Of a stretch of 64,000 bases of DNA, positions 61,172-64,000 are shown piece after piece (the stretch's first letter is position 1; each line of letters begins with the position of its first letter). This DNA comes from a virus (Duplodnaviria; Caudoviricetes). Below the pieces are notes generated by a model. It saw nothing but the letters and a program-made list of their open reading frames with translations. It did not search any database and had not been told where the DNA came from. The stretch spans positions 10,576 to 74,575 of the IMG/VR virus record IMGVR_UViG_3300020308_000002; one strand, given 5' to 3'. Both the position numbers and the translations under genes were made by a program.

Positions 61172-62575
61172 TTACTTGATAATGACAGGAGCATCGGCAG
61201 ACCCTCCGACAACGGATTGCACCATAGGGTATTCAATCCCTCCTTGATTAACTACTGATTCAAAAGCTTGTGTTGCACTATTGAAAATACGTAAGCTTTG
61301 AGAACCTCTTTTTAACCACCAATCGTTTTGTCTACACCAAGATACCAAAGGTTGTTCAGCATCATTCCATAGCATAGGTAAAGATGAAGGACGAATATTA
61401 TCTCTCACGTCTCCACCTGGGAAAAGTTCTAATCCTACTACTTCCGCTAAAGATAAAATATAGCGGTCATAATTAATTCGATTGCGAGCATTGTATTCTC
61501 TGTATACTTCATTATCAAAATCTCTTTCTAGTTGATCTGAAAAAACTTTATTTTCATCATCATTGATGGGATAATCATTGGGTTCATACCAAGGAATACC
61601 ACACTCCCACCTCATGGCATGCATATGCTTGCATTCTCGACGTTGGTCAATACGTCTAGGTAAACTTCTCCATTGCCTGTAATAACCTGCTCCTTCTTTC
61701 TCCCAAGCAGAAAAAACACTTCTACTAGCGTTAGGCAATGGAAAACTATCTAGCCCTCCATTTTCTTTAGGAAACTCTAAGTTTGCTAATGCTCCTCCTA
61801 GGTGATCAGGGCAGCAACAAAATAACTTATGGGCAGAACATAAATGCTTGCCACTACTTGTATCCCATACATTGGGATTAGCAGGGTCATAATCTAATTT
61901 TTTCCAATACGTTGTATTATTAACCCTAACTCTTCCTTGAGCTTTCGATAAATCAAAAGTTAACGTCATTGCACTGCTACTTGCAGCCGTTAAAGTCAAG
62001 GCAACGCTACCTACTGGGTTTTCTATAACGTCAGCAGGGTAATTAGGACCGCTTGCTGTATCTTCAAATTGATCTCCAATAAAAACATTAAAAATACCAA
62101 CTTGAGCTGCAGTCAGGACACCACTAACGTCATAGACCAATGTGTGGTTTGCTGGATCAGGATCAGAAGTAAAGGTAGATATTGCAGAAGCACTTAACGG
62201 TTGAGGAAGGATAACACTTCCACGAGTTCTGAGTCCAACATACCAAGTTCTTTCTGGACTTGATTTGCTCGGAAACATGGTAACTATATCTTTAGAAACT
62301 CCACTAACTGCTCCTGTGGAAAAGCGAGTATTACTATATAAGGCTTTATCATCCCAAGATCTACCTGTTCCAAAGAAATATGCCTGTCCTAATTGCCAAC
62401 GTTTGTAATCTGTTGTTCTGTTGTAATTTTCTAAAACAGTAGGAAAAGTAATACTTCCATATTGACCTGCACCAGTTTGTTTGTTGGGATATAAACCTCT
62501 CGCTCTAGGTGCTAATCCTCGGGTAATAGGCTGCAAGCCAAAACCTTTACTGATAGATCCTAGTCCGTTAGCCAT
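61172..62575 (-). CDS. Protein with a SWIM-type zinc finger
   Basis: LFCCCPDH ... RECKHMHA (CxC-xn-CxH). Confidence 0.65.
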   Translation of the reverse strand: MANGLGSISKGFGLQPITRGLAPRARGLYPNKQTGAGQYGSITFPTVLENYNRTTDYKRWQLGQAYFFGTGRSWDDKALYSNTRFSTGAVSGVSKDIVTMFPSKSSPERTWYVGLRTRGSVILPQPLSASAISTFTSDPDPANHTLVYDVSGVLTAAQVGIFNVFIGDQFEDTASGPNYPADVIENPVGSVALTLTAASSSAMTLTFDLSKAQGRVRVNNTTYWKKLDYDPANPNVWDTSSGKHLCSAHKLFCCCPDHLGGALANLEFPKENGGLDSFPLPNASRSVFSAWEKEGAGYYRQWRSLPRRIDQRRECKHMHAMRWECGIPWYEPNDYPINDDENKVFSDQLERDFDNEVYREYNARNRINYDRYILSLAEVVGLELFPGGDVRDNIRPSSLPMLWNDAEQPLVSWCRQNDWWLKRGSQSLRIFNSATQAFESVVNQGGIEYPMVQSVVGGSADAPVIIK

Positions 62576-62581
62576 CTATCT

Positions 62582-64000
62582 TTAGTAATACGTTGCGTTA
62601 TCTCCTCTATTAAATCGATTTCTGTTATCAAAATATGTAGATCCAGATGAAGCACCTTTCTTCATTCCACGACGAGCAAAAGGTCGATCATCAATCGTAA
62701 TAGGACCTTCTGTGACTTGTCCATAATCTCTATTGTTGCCGTATGCTCCTGCTCCAGACTTGAGATCCCTTGAACCAATACTTGCTTGGTTTCCAGAAAC
62801 AGTGCTACCTCTTCTTAATTGACCAGTTTCATCTGCTCTTTGTGCATCTATATAAGAATCAGCTTCACGACGTGCATCTTCATAGTCTGCTTTTAGTTGA
62901 CCATATCTACTAGTTAATTCTCCAAAACGAACCCTATCTTCTTCTAAATCATCATTTAATTTTGCTTGATCGTTTAAAGAAGTTTGATACAGATCCTCGT
63001 ATTCTTTAGTTTTTTGGTTTAAATAAGAAGTTTGAGTGTTAGCACTGTCACTGTCTCCCATCCATGTTCCTTCATCACCGTCATCTTTGAATGTCGTGTC
63101 ACTGACATATCCAGAATCAAGAGTGCAATTAGGTGGAGTACCTGAATAACCCGCTGGACAAGTATCATCTACGGTCGTATCGTCATCTACTGTTGTATCG
63201 TCATCATCAGTTGTATCGTCATCATCATCCACTACTACAGTAGTGTCATCATCATCATCATCATCATCCACTACTACAGGTTGACAGTTCGGTGGTGTAC
63301 CAACTTCTCCGTCAGGGCATTCAGTCGCAGTGGGTGTCTCACAGCTTGAGCCCGTCCATGTTTTGTCAGGATCCTGATTGCATGCATACTCTTGAGAGAG
63401 TTTGATATTAGCTAAAACTTCTCCACGACTAGCCTTAACTCCTCCTCTTCCTTCTGTAGTACCAGCTAAATCACCTAGCCAATAATCTAAACCTTCTTGA
63501 CCAATCTCTCTGTCTAAAATATCTGGGTTGCTATAAAGACTTCTTAGCCACGCTTCATCTGCGGAAACCGTGCTTGTCGTTCCGTCAGCTAATGTAATTG
63601 TTTTATCACCAGTTTTTTCATCTGAACGATTAAAGTGATCGACAATATCATCTCTAGAAGTTTTACCGTCTAAAATTTCTTGTTTCCAATAATCAAATCC
63701 TGCTTGATCATATACATCATTGCCACTATCAGCAGCATTTCTAGCAAAAACCTGTTCGTAAGAATCTGATAAAAAAGTGTCTAAATCTGTATCTACCCCG
63801 AAGTTAGATTGAGCTTTAGCTGTGCCTTCTATTATCTTCTTAGTCTCTTCTATACCCTTGGTTGCCGCTTCTCCTTCCCAGTAGGTTTTAGCATCATTGT
63901 CAAGTAATCCAGCATTTATATTGTTTGCTGTGTAAAAATCTTGGAGCCAATCTGAATTAGAGCTTCCTCCTCCTGAAGAGCTTCCTCCTCCTGAAGAGCT
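62582..64000 (-). CDS. Large DUF4214-repeat protein with an Asp/Thr low-complexity linker; 5'-truncated by the window edge
   Basis: Frame open to base 64000 (SSSGGGSSSGGG...); FLSDSYEQVFAR..AGFDYW..RSDE and WLRSLY..REIGQEGLDYW..LSQEY; the track start at 63271 is internal. Confidence 0.8.
   Translation of the reverse strand, partial: SSSGGGSSSGGGSSNSDWLQDFYTANNINAGLLDNDAKTYWEGEAATKGIEETKKIIEGTAKAQSNFGVDTDLDTFLSDSYEQVFARNAADSGNDVYDQAGFDYWKQEILDGKTSRDDIVDHFNRSDEKTGDKTITLADGTTSTVSADEAWLRSLYSNPDILDREIGQEGLDYWLGDLAGTTEGRGGVKASRGEVLANIKLSQEYACNQDPDKTWTGSSCETPTATECPDGEVGTPPNCQPVVVDDDDDDDDTTVVVDDDDDTTDDDDTTVDDDTTVDDTCPAGYSGTPPNCTLDSGYVSDTTFKDDGDEGTWMGDSDSANTQTSYLNQKTKEYEDLYQTSLNDQAKLNDDLEEDRVRFGELTSRYGQLKADYEDARREADSYIDAQRADETGQLRRGSTVSGNQASIGSRDLKSGAGAYGNNRDYGQVTEGPITIDDRPFARRGMKKGASSGSTYFDNRNRFNRGDNATYY

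Noticed and set aside
1-64000. Prophage or host genomic island interpretation; assignment to a named phage lineage
   Set aside because: No integrase, att site or housekeeping genes are seen; capsid, terminase and polymerase markers are not recognised in this window, so the lineage cannot be assigned without a database search

Overview
A 64-kb piece of a large dsDNA phage of marine picocyanobacteria. The host is inferred from four hli genes, nblA, a psbN-like gene, and DUF2997, DUF3288 and DUF4278-like genes. I recognise no integrase, host flank, tRNA, rRNA, CRISPR array or T4-like core gene. Layout: (1) 1-9.9 kb, minus-strand block of probable virion/late genes including a PAPS-reductase-family gene. 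(2) 9.9-10.7 kb, non-coding divergence point and possible genome terminus. (3) 10.7-21.4 kb, plus-strand early genes built as repeated units of intrinsic terminator + conserved 22-bp motif (TGCAGT-AAYTCAAC-AMTGCATT) + ORF. (4) 21.4-35.4 kb, replication/recombination genes: GP88, a nested two-frame C5-methyltransferase, sliding-clamp-like, SSBs, PD-(D/E)XK exonuclease and primase-VapE, followed by an origin-like region. Host-derived modules that keep host regulatory elements are interspersed: NtcA box + glutamine-II riboswitch + YRG peptide, RpaB HLR1 box + 4 hli genes, a manA-like RNA, and Dps. (5) 36-43 kb, nucleotide-metabolism genes plus four intact ORFs whose catalytic motifs appear lost (HNH-, ThyX-, Dam- and M15-peptidase-like). 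(6) 43-64 kb, mostly minus-strand: nblA, HNH, conserved cyanophage membrane proteins, psbN-like, two 2OG-Fe(II) oxygenases, DUF4214 proteins and tail-fibre-like genes. All family assignments come from motif recognition by eye, with no database searches.
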